Positions 1 to 8,006 of a DNA stretch of 64,000 nucleotides are shown here, one piece after another. The stretch spans positions 195,536 through 259,535 of the forward strand of contig CAZMOZ010000001.1 of assembly GCA_964568145.1 (NCBI GenBank). Reading direction: 5' to 3'. The stretch's first letter is position 1. Each line of letters starts with the position of its first letter. This DNA comes from an uncultured Verrucomicrobiota bacterium. Lineage in GTDB: Bacteria; Verrucomicrobiota; Verrucomicrobiia; Limisphaerales; J093. The notes under the pieces were generated by a model that saw only the letters and a program-made list of their open reading frames with translations, searched no databases and had not been told where the DNA came from. The position numbers were made by a program, and so were the translations under genes.

Positions 1-410
1 TCGAACAGCGTCTCCATTTCCGTGACCAGCCGCAAGGCTCCCAGCGATTTGGTGCGCGCCAGTTGACCCAGGTTCATGCCCAGGTAATACGGCACGGCGG
101 CGAGATTGGTGTCCAGTGCCAGCGCCGCACGGCAGGCGGCAATGCCACGCCTGGCGATGTCCGCGCGCTCGGCGTCGTCGCGCGCGAATTCGGCCCGGTC
201 GAAGCACGCCCGGCCGAGTTGCCAGGCGGCGGCGACATTGCCGGGGGCGCGTTCGAACGCGGCCGCCGCTTCTTGAAACAGACGCTCGGCGCGGGCGGCG
301 GCGTTGGTTGACGCGGTCGGGGGGGAATCCGCCGCGACCGCCCCCGCGACAAGCAGGGCGATGGCCACGGCGCCACCGTCCCGCGCCAGGTGTCGGGCCC
401 AGTTCATCAT
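1..410 (-). CDS. secreted helical-repeat (TPR-like) hypothetical protein, N-terminal part; gene runs off the window start
   Basis: Hand translation of the minus strand from ATG-ATG (410/407) gives MMNWARHLARDGGAVAIALLVAGAVAADSPP, which is signal-peptide-like. Ala/Arg-rich helical repeats follow (AAAWQLGRACFDRAEFARDDAERADIARRGIAAC, PYYLGMNLGQLARTKS). The frame stays open to nt 1, so the gene is absent from the ORF track. Confidence 0.5.
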   Translation of the reverse strand, partial: MMNWARHLARDGGAVAIALLVAGAVAADSPPTASTNAAARAERLFQEAAAAFERAPGNVAAAWQLGRACFDRAEFARDDAERADIARRGIAACRAALALDTNLAAVPYYLGMNLGQLARTKSLGALRLVTEMETLF

Positions 411-446
411 TGCGCGGCCGGCATAACCGCTTATACTGCGCATTGC

Positions 447-644
447 GTGAGACATGTACTAACCTTGGGCGCGCTCGTCGCCCTGATCTGGCTGAACACC
501 GGGTGCAGCGGCGTGAACGCGTCGCACAGCGTTTCCCCGGCTTCGTTCTTTCTGCCGGGCCTGATGCAGGTCAAGCCGCCGCCCCCGCCCGAGCCGCCCC
601 CGGCCCCGACTCCGGAGCCGACGCTGCTCGCCCACGCCCGCTGA
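447..644 (+). CDS. candidate small lipoprotein with Pro-rich tail
   Basis: An in-frame GTG at 447 inside the 390..644 ORF gives VRHVLTLGALVALIWLNTGCSG, a hydrophobic stretch plus a lipobox-like LNTGC. A PPPPPEPPPAPTPEP tail follows. The stop lies 7 nt before the hpnH ATG. This could also be a chance high-GC ORF. Confidence 0.3.
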   Translation: MRHVLTLGALVALIWLNTGCSGVNASHSVSPASFFLPGLMQVKPPPPPEPPPAPTPEPTLLAHAR

Positions 645-651
645 CCCCGCC

Positions 652-2040
652 ATGCGATTCCCGTTTGCTTTGTCGGTCAAGATTGCCCGACACATCATCA
701 AGCACAAGCTGCGCAAGACCCCGAAGTTCGCCATGGTCCTGCAGCTCGAGCCGTTGCACACCTGCAACCTGACCTGCACCGGCTGCGGCCGCATCCGCGA
801 ATACTCGACCAGTCTCAAGGACATGGTGCCGCTCGGCCAGTGCCTGGCCGCGGCAGCCGAATGCGACGCGCCGATGGTCAGCATCTGCGGCGGCGAGCCG
901 CTGATCTATCCGAAGATCGAGGAACTCGTGGACGGCCTGCTCCAGCAGGGGCGGATCGTGTACATCTGCACCAACGGCATGTTCATGCGGAAGAAGATGT
1001 GCGATTACCTGGCCGCCATTTACTCGCCGGCGCGGGAATCGCTGCTCGCCGATCTCCTTGCCCAAAACCTGATCACTGCCAAGCAGGCGGAAGCTATCCG
1101 CAAGGGCAGGGCCGACGGCCGGCCGGTGATCCGCCCCGGCCAGTGGTTGTACTGGAACGTCCACGTGGACGGCCTGGAGTACACCCACGACCTGATCGTC
1201 GAGCGCGAAGGAGTGTTCAAGGAATGCGTCGAGGCGATCAAGATGGCCAAGCGGCTGGGCTTCCAGGTGGCCACCAATACCACGGTCTATCGCGAGACCG
1301 ACGTGCAGGAGATCGAGAACATGTTCCGGTTCTTCTCCTGGCTGGGCGTGGACGGGCACACGATCTCGCCCGGCTATGACTACGACGCCGCCAAGAAGGA
1401 CATGGTGAAGCGGCTGGGCAAGCGACCGGAGGATTTCTTCCTCACGCGCCGGATGACGGTGGAGAAGTTCGCCCGCATCCTGGACTGGGGGAAGGCCTTC
1501 ACCATCTTCGGCACGCCGGTGTACCAGGAATTCCTCGCCGGCCGGCGCGACCTGACCTGCACCGCCTGGGCCATCCCCACGTACAACATCAAGGGCTGGA
1601 AGGCGCCGTGCTACCTGATGACCGACGGCCACTACCCCACCTACTGGGAGATGCTCGAGAAGGTGGACTGGGACCGGTACGGCGTGGTCGGGGGCGTGGC
1701 GCGCGACCCGCGCTGCGAAAACTGCATGGTCCACTGCGGCTACGATCCCAGCGGCGCGCTGGGCACCAACTACCAGCCCGGCGACCACTGGAAAAACTTC
1801 CGCTACAACTTCGGCCCGCGGCCGCCCCGCTACCCCGGCGACCCCGACCTGGTCCGGCGCGCCTTCAACGGCTTCTCCGTCGGCCGCGGGCACCTGGCCG
1901 CCGCGCGCGAAGCCCTCAGGGCGGCCAAGGCGGAACCAACCGGCGTTGACGGTCGCCAAGTGCCGCCAACCGGCTCGACCTGCGGAAACGCGGCCGTGGG
2001 GGAAAGCCCGGCGCAGAAGGTCAGCGCGTCCCGGCCCTGA
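652..2040 (+). CDS. hpnH: adenosyl-hopene transferase, hopanoid-associated radical SAM protein HpnH
   Basis: 462-aa ORF starting at ATG 652. The radical-SAM CxxxCxxC lies in LEPLHTCNLTCTGCGRI. The blocks ICGGEPLIYP and YICTNGMF and the C-terminal Cys cluster CENCMVHCGYDPS match my memory of HpnH. Confidence 0.85.
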   Translation: MRFPFALSVKIARHIIKHKLRKTPKFAMVLQLEPLHTCNLTCTGCGRIREYSTSLKDMVPLGQCLAAAAECDAPMVSICGGEPLIYPKIEELVDGLLQQGRIVYICTNGMFMRKKMCDYLAAIYSPARESLLADLLAQNLITAKQAEAIRKGRADGRPVIRPGQWLYWNVHVDGLEYTHDLIVEREGVFKECVEAIKMAKRLGFQVATNTTVYRETDVQEIENMFRFFSWLGVDGHTISPGYDYDAAKKDMVKRLGKRPEDFFLTRRMTVEKFARILDWGKAFTIFGTPVYQEFLAGRRDLTCTAWAIPTYNIKGWKAPCYLMTDGHYPTYWEMLEKVDWDRYGVVGGVARDPRCENCMVHCGYDPSGALGTNYQPGDHWKNFRYNFGPRPPRYPGDPDLVRRAFNGFSVGRGHLAAAREALRAAKAEPTGVDGRQVPPTGSTCGNAAVGESPAQKVSASRP

Positions 2041-2085
2041 CAATCCTGTTCCGATGTTCCGCGCTCTGCACGAGCTCCTTCGGCC

Positions 2086-3132
2086 ATGCTGAAAAAAATC
2101 AGCATCACCAACTTCAAGTCCCTCAAGCGGCTGGAGTTCGAGGCGCGCCGGGTCAACGTTCTGATCGGCGAACCCAACACGGGCAAGTCGAACGTCCTCG
2201 AGGCGCTGGCGGTGTTTTGCGAAGGGGTCTATGCCTCGCCGGAATTCCTGCGCGGGGTCTTGCGCTTTGTGACCCTGGCCGACCTGTTTTACGACCGGGA
2301 ACTGACCGTGACCGTGGAGGTGCGGTTGGACGAGTATCCTTGGACGCTGCGATTTGAAAAAGGCACGTTCAAAATCGAAGCGCCACTAGTGGCTCAAAAT
2401 GGTGCCCCAATTTCGCCATCACGCACTCCACCATCCCTTTCCTTGAATCACTCGGGCAGCTTGGCTTCCCCACCCAAAACGGCTTCTTCAACGCCGGGAC
2501 TGGCAAATCCGCCGTTTTGCAACTCGCTCCAAGCTGTTCATCGGCTTCGCTACTACCGCTACCAATCCTTGCCGAACTTCAGCCGGTCCGAGTACGGGGT
2601 CTTGGAGCCGCCTTACGGCGCCAACCTGGCGGCGGTCTTGACGACCAACAAATCCCTGCGCCGCCTGGTCAGCGACCTGTTTCGGGCGCGCGGTTTTCGC
2701 CTGATCATCAGTCCGGAAAAAAACGAACTGCTGCTGGCCAAGGAGGTCGAGGACCAGCTTTACCAGTTCAGTTACCCCACCATCTCCGAGACCCTGCGGC
2801 GGATTGTTTTTTACATGGCGGTGTTCGAGACCAACCAAGACGCCGTCTTGCTGTTGGACGAGCCCGAGGCGAACACCTTCCCGTTTTACACCACCTACCT
2901 GGCCGAGCGCATCGCCTTGGACGAGTCCAACCAGTTCTTCCTCACCACGCACAACCCGTACGTCCTGAGCTCGCTGGTGGCCAAAACCCCGGCCAAGGAC
3001 CTGGCGGTGTTCGTCACCACGATGCACGACTACCAGACCGTCCTTCACCCGGTGGGCGGAGAGGGCTTGTCCCGGATTTTGGAATACGGCCCGGACGCGT
3101 TTCTGAACCTGGAGCGATTGCTGGCGTCATGA
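2086..3132 (+). CDS. ABC/SMC-type (AAA_15/AAA_21-like) ATPase, OLD/RecF-like N-terminus
   Basis: 348 aa. The N-terminus is MLKKISITNFKSLK, with Walker A GEPNTGKSN, Walker B LLLDEPE and an FFLTTHNP block. There is a Ser/Pro low-complexity insert. Composition is AT-richer than the neighbouring genes. The stop overlaps the next ATG. Confidence 0.85.
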   Translation: MLKKISITNFKSLKRLEFEARRVNVLIGEPNTGKSNVLEALAVFCEGVYASPEFLRGVLRFVTLADLFYDRELTVTVEVRLDEYPWTLRFEKGTFKIEAPLVAQNGAPISPSRTPPSLSLNHSGSLASPPKTASSTPGLANPPFCNSLQAVHRLRYYRYQSLPNFSRSEYGVLEPPYGANLAAVLTTNKSLRRLVSDLFRARGFRLIISPEKNELLLAKEVEDQLYQFSYPTISETLRRIVFYMAVFETNQDAVLLLDEPEANTFPFYTTYLAERIALDESNQFFLTTHNPYVLSSLVAKTPAKDLAVFVTTMHDYQTVLHPVGGEGLSRILEYGPDAFLNLERLLAS

Positions 3133-3599
3133 GGTGGTTCGTGGAATGCAAGCCGGATGAAACCCTGGTGGTGAGTCTGGGGATAAAGGCCCGTTGCGTG
3201 GAACACGCCGCCAGCCGGGACCGTGTGTGCGCGCAACTGCAGCGCCTTGAACGGGTAATCGGGATGATGGATGAGGATCCCCACGCCCATCCTTTGCCCT
3301 ACCTGAGGAGCCTCGAGGTGCTTGCCGACGAACATTCAGTGCGCGTCTTGATGGACCGGCGGCGCAACAATCGGGTAATCCTGCTCTGTCCCCGCCTGGA
3401 ACCTTGGCTGGTGCGGGCCGCGCGGCAGGCCGGGTTGCGGTTGACCGATTTCGGCTTCGAGCATGATGACGGCAAGGGGCTCCACGCGGAGATCAACCAG
3501 CGCCTGGAATCCTTGCGGCGTCTGGTCGGCGCGTTGGTCGCGCGGGAGGAACCCGGCATGATGGCTTTGCGACAGGCTTTGAACGAAAATCCGCCCTGA
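3129..3599 (+). CDS. small Toprim-like protein (DUF4276/DUF4435-like partner of the ATPase)
   Basis: The ATG at 3129 lies in the frame of the 2517..3599 ORF and overlaps the upstream TGA (ATGA). The 156-aa product starts MRWFVECKPDETLVVSLG and carries MMDEDP about 42 residues later, giving a Glu ... DxD Toprim-type signature. The family call is by eye only. Confidence 0.55.
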   Translation: MRWFVECKPDETLVVSLGIKARCVEHAASRDRVCAQLQRLERVIGMMDEDPHAHPLPYLRSLEVLADEHSVRVLMDRRRNNRVILLCPRLEPWLVRAARQAGLRLTDFGFEHDDGKGLHAEINQRLESLRRLVGALVAREEPGMMALRQALNENPP

Positions 3600-3617
3600 C
3601 TTTCCCAGAACCCATAC

Positions 3618-5066
3618 ATGAGCACCCTCTTCCTCTGCCCCCCCAGCTTCGACGGCTTCGACGGCGGCGCCGGCTCGCGCTACCAGGCGCGGCGCGAGAT
3701 CACCAGCTTCTGGTACCCCACCTGGCTGGCCCAGCCCGCCGCGCTCGTGCCCGATTCCCGGCTGCTCGACTGTCCGCCGCACGGCATTGGTCGCGACGAA
3801 TGCCTGCGCACCGCGCAGAACTACGACCACGTCATCATCCACACCAGCACGCCGTCGCTGCGCAACGATTGCAAGGTGGCCGAGGCGATCAAGGCGCAGC
3901 GGCCCGACACCAGGATCGGCTTCGTTGGCGCGCACGCCGCGGTCCTGCCCGCCGAGACGCTCAAGGCCTCGCCGGCCATTGACTGGGTGGGGCGCAAGGA
4001 GTTCGACTTCACCTGCAAGGAAGTCGCCGAGGGCCGCCCGCTCGGCGAGATCGCCGGCCTGAGTTACCGGGGAGCCGACGGCAAAATCCGCCACAACCCC
4101 GAGCGCGAGTTGATCCCGAACATGGACGCCCTGCCATGGGTGGCGGATGTGTACAAGCGCGACCTCCAGATCGAGAAGTATTTTATCGGCTACCTGCTGC
4201 ACCCGTACCTGAGCCTGTACACGGGCCGTGGCTGTCCGGCGCAATGCACCTTCTGCCTCTGGCCCCAGACCATCGGTGGCCACAAGTACCGCGTCCGCTC
4301 GGCGCAAAACGTCGCTGACGAGATGGCGTATATGAAGCAGCTCTTCCCGCAGGTGAAGGAGTTTTTCTTCGACGACGACACCTTCACGGCCAACCTCCCC
4401 CGGGCGCGCGAGATTGCGAAAAAGCTCGCCCCACTGGGCCTGACCTGGAGCTGCAACAGCCGCGCCAACCTGGATTACGACACCATCCAGCAGATGAAGG
4501 ACGGCGGGCTGCGGCTATTTCTGGTCGGCTACGAGTCCGGCAACGAGCAGATCCTAAAGAACATCAAGAAGGGCGTCACCAAGGCGGAAATGCTCCGCTT
4601 CACGAGCGACTGTCACCGGGCGGGCGTGGTGATCCACGGCACGTTCATCCTCGGACTGCCGGTCGAGACGCGTGAGACCATCGAGGAGACGATCCGCTTC
4701 GCGCAGGAGCTCGACGTGTTCTCGATGCAGGTCAGCCTGGCCGCGCCCTACCCCGGCACGGAGCTGTACGAGCAGGCCCGGCTCAACGGCTGGTTCACCA
4801 AGAAGGACAAGACTGACATCGTCCACGACGACGGCTTCCAGGAGTCCTCGCTCGAATATCCGGAGCTGACCAAGGAGGAAATCTTCGAGTCGGTCGAGCG
4901 CTTCTACCACCGCTATTACCTGCGGCCGAAGCCGATCCTGCGCATCATCAAGACCATGCTCGAGGACAAGGACGTGTGCGTGCGGCGGCTGCGCGAGGGC
5001 TACGAGTTCTTCAAGAGCATGGCTCAGCGCCGGAGTGATCTGGCGGCGGAGAAGGCCGCGGCCTGA
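3618..5066 (+). CDS. hpnJ: hopanoid-associated B12-binding radical SAM protein HpnJ
   Basis: 482 aa. The N-terminus MSTLFLCPPSFDGFDGGAGSRYQARREITSFWYPTWLAQPAAL matches my memory of HpnJ. The radical-SAM motif is GRGCPAQCTFCLWP. Confidence 0.8.
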   Translation: MSTLFLCPPSFDGFDGGAGSRYQARREITSFWYPTWLAQPAALVPDSRLLDCPPHGIGRDECLRTAQNYDHVIIHTSTPSLRNDCKVAEAIKAQRPDTRIGFVGAHAAVLPAETLKASPAIDWVGRKEFDFTCKEVAEGRPLGEIAGLSYRGADGKIRHNPERELIPNMDALPWVADVYKRDLQIEKYFIGYLLHPYLSLYTGRGCPAQCTFCLWPQTIGGHKYRVRSAQNVADEMAYMKQLFPQVKEFFFDDDTFTANLPRAREIAKKLAPLGLTWSCNSRANLDYDTIQQMKDGGLRLFLVGYESGNEQILKNIKKGVTKAEMLRFTSDCHRAGVVIHGTFILGLPVETRETIEETIRFAQELDVFSMQVSLAAPYPGTELYEQARLNGWFTKKDKTDIVHDDGFQESSLEYPELTKEEIFESVERFYHRYYLRPKPILRIIKTMLEDKDVCVRRLREGYEFFKSMAQRRSDLAAEKAAA

Positions 5067-5131
5067 CTCCGCTGGGTGGCTTGCGTCGCGAATCCCGGCC
5101 GTCACCCGAGGCAAGACGGGCCCCCGGCCGT

Positions 5132-5707
5132 TTACTTCTTTCCTTCGCTTTCGCGCCCGGTGTATTTGCGCTGGGCCGTGTCCACGCGGATTTTTTCGCC
5201 CGGCGCGATGAAGAGGGGCACCATGACCTCCAGGCCGGTCTCGAGACGGGCGGGTTTCCAGGTGGCGTCGGAGCCGCCGCGGATGGGCGGCGCGGTCTCC
5301 ACCACCTCCAGCGTCACGGCCGGCGGCAGCACGACGTCCACCAGCCGCCCGTCGAGCAGCAGCGCGCGGTACTCCTCGTTTTCCTTGATGAAGCAGCGGC
5401 GGTCGCCGACTTGCTCGGCGGTGAGCGTCAACTCCTCGAACGTCTCGACGTCGGAGAAGACAAAATCCTCGCCCTGGTGGTAGCTGAACTGGACGCGCCG
5501 GTACTGTACCGCGGCCACCGGCACGCGCTCGCTTTCCGTGAACGTGTGGTCGGTGAGCCGGCCGGTCCTCAAGTGCCGCAGGCGGGCGTGCAGCTTGTGC
5601 TTGGTCTGGGCCGTGCCGCTGATGTGGAAGTCCTCCAGCACATGCGGTGTGCCGCCGAGCAGCAGCACCATGCCGCGTTTGAATTCCGAGGGCAAAATCG
5701 TTTCCAT
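5132..5707 (-). CDS. elongation factor P family protein (closer to the EfpL/YeiP-like branch by eye)
   Basis: 191 aa starting at ATG 5707. It shows the KRGMVLLLGGTPHVLEDF N-domain and VETAPPIRGGSDATWKPARLETGLEVMVPLFIAPGEKIRVDT, which is typical of the EF-P/YeiP C-terminal OB domains. Confidence 0.8.
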   Translation of the reverse strand: METILPSEFKRGMVLLLGGTPHVLEDFHISGTAQTKHKLHARLRHLRTGRLTDHTFTESERVPVAAVQYRRVQFSYHQGEDFVFSDVETFEELTLTAEQVGDRRCFIKENEEYRALLLDGRLVDVVLPPAVTLEVVETAPPIRGGSDATWKPARLETGLEVMVPLFIAPGEKIRVDTAQRKYTGRESEGKK

Positions 5708-6042
5708 CGCGTCTTCCCGCCAAAGGCGGGTGTTTCAAGTTGCCGGGAAATCCGCGGACTTGGTAACGCACCGGCCCAACCGCGTCAACCCGCCGTCGGC
5801 CGGGCCAACCCACCAGGGCGCCTCCGAGTTCCTCGCCACCAGGACATGACTTGTTAAGGTGGACTCCGTCAGGCCCAGCCCTGGTGGGTTGCCTCTCGCT
5901 GAGAGGCAACACCCTGGCCTCTCCGCCGTCACCCTTGTTTGTGCCCATGCCGGTCGCCCGCGTCATGGCCACTGGCGGGTCGCCTGCGCCGCTACGGTTT
6001 GCTCGATGCCAGCAAGAATCCGACATGCAACGCCCGGCCAGT

Positions 6043-6277
6043 GGGTGCATCTCACTTATTTGCTGCCGGTCAAAGCGGCCAGACGCCGCGGGGATGGCGG
6101 CAGCCATCCCTGGCTGCCGTAAAGGGCGGCATCTTGCCGCCCGGAACCTGTGTCAGACGCGCCGCCCGCAGGTGCCGCTCGCACGCCCGGCCGGGCTGGA
6201 AGCCCGGCTCTACGGCCAGCAGAAAGCCAGCCACCACCCTGGTAGGTGATACTGCCCGCACGAAATTGAGATGCACC
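6043..6277 (+). repeat. MITE-like intergenic element, short copy (termini GGGTGCATCTC ... GAGATGCACC)
   Basis: The left end GGGTGCATCTCACTTATTTGC and the right-hand modules CTGGAAGCCCGGCTCTAC and TTGAGATGCACC match the elements at 11808..12097 and 14352..14664. The interior differs. Confidence 0.6.
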
Positions 6278-6343
6278 GCCCGGTCAATCGGTCGCCCACC
6301 CAGGACTTGCAGGCGGTGGCGATGAGGCCGAGCCTTTCCCGGC

Positions 6344-7129
6344 ATGACCGCTGCCTCCCAGACCACCGCGACGGCCGGGGCGCCTGCTCTGAAAATCGGC
6401 TGCTGCGGTTTCGCCGGCCACCAGGCCGCGTACTTCCGGGACTTCCGGCTGGTGGAGGTGCAGCAGACCTTTTACGACCCGCCACGCGTCACGACGGCTG
6501 AACGCTGGCGGGCGACGGCGCCGGCGGATTTTGAGTTCACGCTCAAGGCCTGGCAGCTCATCACGCACGAGGCGACCTCGCCCACCTACCGGCGGCTGCG
6601 AAGACCGCTGCCCGCCTCCGCCGCGCGCAACGTTGGCAGCTTCAAACCAACCGCCGAAGTCTGGCAGGCTTGGGAGCAAACCCGCGCCTTCGCCGCGGCT
6701 TTGCGCGCGACGCTCGTGGTGTTCCAGTGCCCGACGTCTTTCGGGCCGACGCGGGAGCACCGGGAGCAACTACGACAGTTTTTCCGCCGCGTGCAAGCGG
6801 AGGCTGGCGGCAGCCGGGACACTTGTCTGGTACTGGCTTGGGAACCGCGCGGGGACTGGAGCAACGCCGAGGTGCGGGAGTTGTGCGACGAACTTGGCTT
6901 GCTCCACGTCGTGGATCCGTTCGTGCGGTTACCGGTGACGCCGGGGCCGTTTTACTTCCGGCTGCACGGCATCGGCGGTTATGGGCATCGCTACTCCGAC
7001 GCGGAGTTGCACCGGCTGTTTGACTCGACCCGGCGTTTCCCGGCGGGCGGCCGCTGTTTGTTCAACAACGTGTCCATGCGGGAGAGCGCGTTGCGCTTTG
7101 CCCGTCTGCTGGCGGCCGCCGCTCCTTGA
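6344..7129 (+). CDS. DUF72 (UPF0759) family protein
   Basis: 261 aa. The blocks KIGCCGFAGHQAAYFRDFRLVEVQQTFYDPP and DFEFTLKAWQLITHE show the typical DUF72 pattern. Confidence 0.75.
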   Translation: MTAASQTTATAGAPALKIGCCGFAGHQAAYFRDFRLVEVQQTFYDPPRVTTAERWRATAPADFEFTLKAWQLITHEATSPTYRRLRRPLPASAARNVGSFKPTAEVWQAWEQTRAFAAALRATLVVFQCPTSFGPTREHREQLRQFFRRVQAEAGGSRDTCLVLAWEPRGDWSNAEVRELCDELGLLHVVDPFVRLPVTPGPFYFRLHGIGGYGHRYSDAELHRLFDSTRRFPAGGRCLFNNVSMRESALRFARLLAAAAP

Positions 7130-7398
7130 ATGCGGAAAGCCAGGGTGACCGCGGCAGACGTCGAGCAAACTACCGTTGCTGCCTTCCGGCCCTGGCGGGG
7201 TTCGTAAGTCGGCGTTCCGCGGGCCCTGGCAAATCCGCGGCGGAGATTAAGCGTCACGCGCCCCGGCCCGGCAAGGCAATTCAAGCCGCCGGCACTGGAA
7301 CGACCGGTGGCGGTTTGACACCGTGCTGCCGCAAGCTATACGTGAGGCCAACCGGTCCGCAGCGGACCACTTAGCAACCGTCAACAAAACCCGTGACC

Positions 7399-7878
7399 AT
7401 GCTCATTCCAGTAGGTTCCCAAGCCCCCGACTTCACCCTCAAGACCAAGACCGCCGCGGGCGTCGAGGACGTCAAGCTCAGCGACAACTTCGGCAAGAAG
7501 AACACCGTGCTGTTGTTCTTCCCGCTCGCCTTCACCAGCGTCTGCACGAAGGAAATGTGCGACATCACCAGCGGCCTGAACGCCTTCGCCGGGCTCAACG
7601 CCGACGTGATTGGCATCAGCGTGGACAGTCCGTTTGCGCAGGAGGCCTGGGCGGCCCGGGAGAAGATCGCGGTCAAGCTGGCCAGCGACCTGAACAAGAA
7701 GACCGCGGCCGATTACGGCGTGCTGTTGCCCGACCTGCTCGGCTTGGGCTCGGTGGCGGCCCGCGCCGCGTTCGTCGTGGACAAGCAGGGGATCGTCCAG
7801 TACAGCGAGCAGACGCCGACCCCGAAGGACCTGCCCAACTTCGAGGCGGTCAAGACCACACTGGCGAAGCTGAAGTAG
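7399..7878 (+). CDS. peroxiredoxin (AhpC/TSA thioredoxin-fold family)
   Basis: The protein reads MLIPVGSQAPDFTLK...KNTVLLFFPLAFTSVCTKEMC, with the peroxidatic Cys in FTSVCT. The ORF track starts at GTG 7393; ATG 7399 is the alternative used here. Confidence 0.85.
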   Translation: MLIPVGSQAPDFTLKTKTAAGVEDVKLSDNFGKKNTVLLFFPLAFTSVCTKEMCDITSGLNAFAGLNADVIGISVDSPFAQEAWAAREKIAVKLASDLNKKTAADYGVLLPDLLGLGSVAARAAFVVDKQGIVQYSEQTPTPKDLPNFEAVKTTLAKLK

Positions 7879-8006
7879 GCTCGGGCCGCGCGTTTGGCCC
7901 GGCAGGGTGGGGGACGGCCCGCCCGGACTGCTTTGGGACGTGTCTGTGTCGCGCGCCATGCGGGGCGTCTTGACCCTCGCCGGCGCGCCACTTACTTTCA
8001 CGGCGC

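Noticed and set aside
571-2043. 490-aa ORF antisense to hpnH. The same kind of long antisense or out-of-frame ORF occurs across real genes at 4554..6107, 9856..11745, 20302..22053, 25332..26447, 28656..30752, 32068..33828, 34072..35865, 37048..39243, 42602..44113, 61058..62668 and 62717..63919.
   Set aside because: These are typical high-GC shadow ORFs. They are Arg/Ala/Gly/Pro-rich with no recognisable motifs, and they lie opposite genes with strong family signatures.
2517-3128. Upstream 204 codons of the 2517..3599 ORF, which overlap the ATPase gene
   Set aside because: This part is out of frame with a well-supported ATPase and is low-complexity and Arg/Pro-rich. Only the part from ATG 3129 (ATGA overlap) looks like a real protein.
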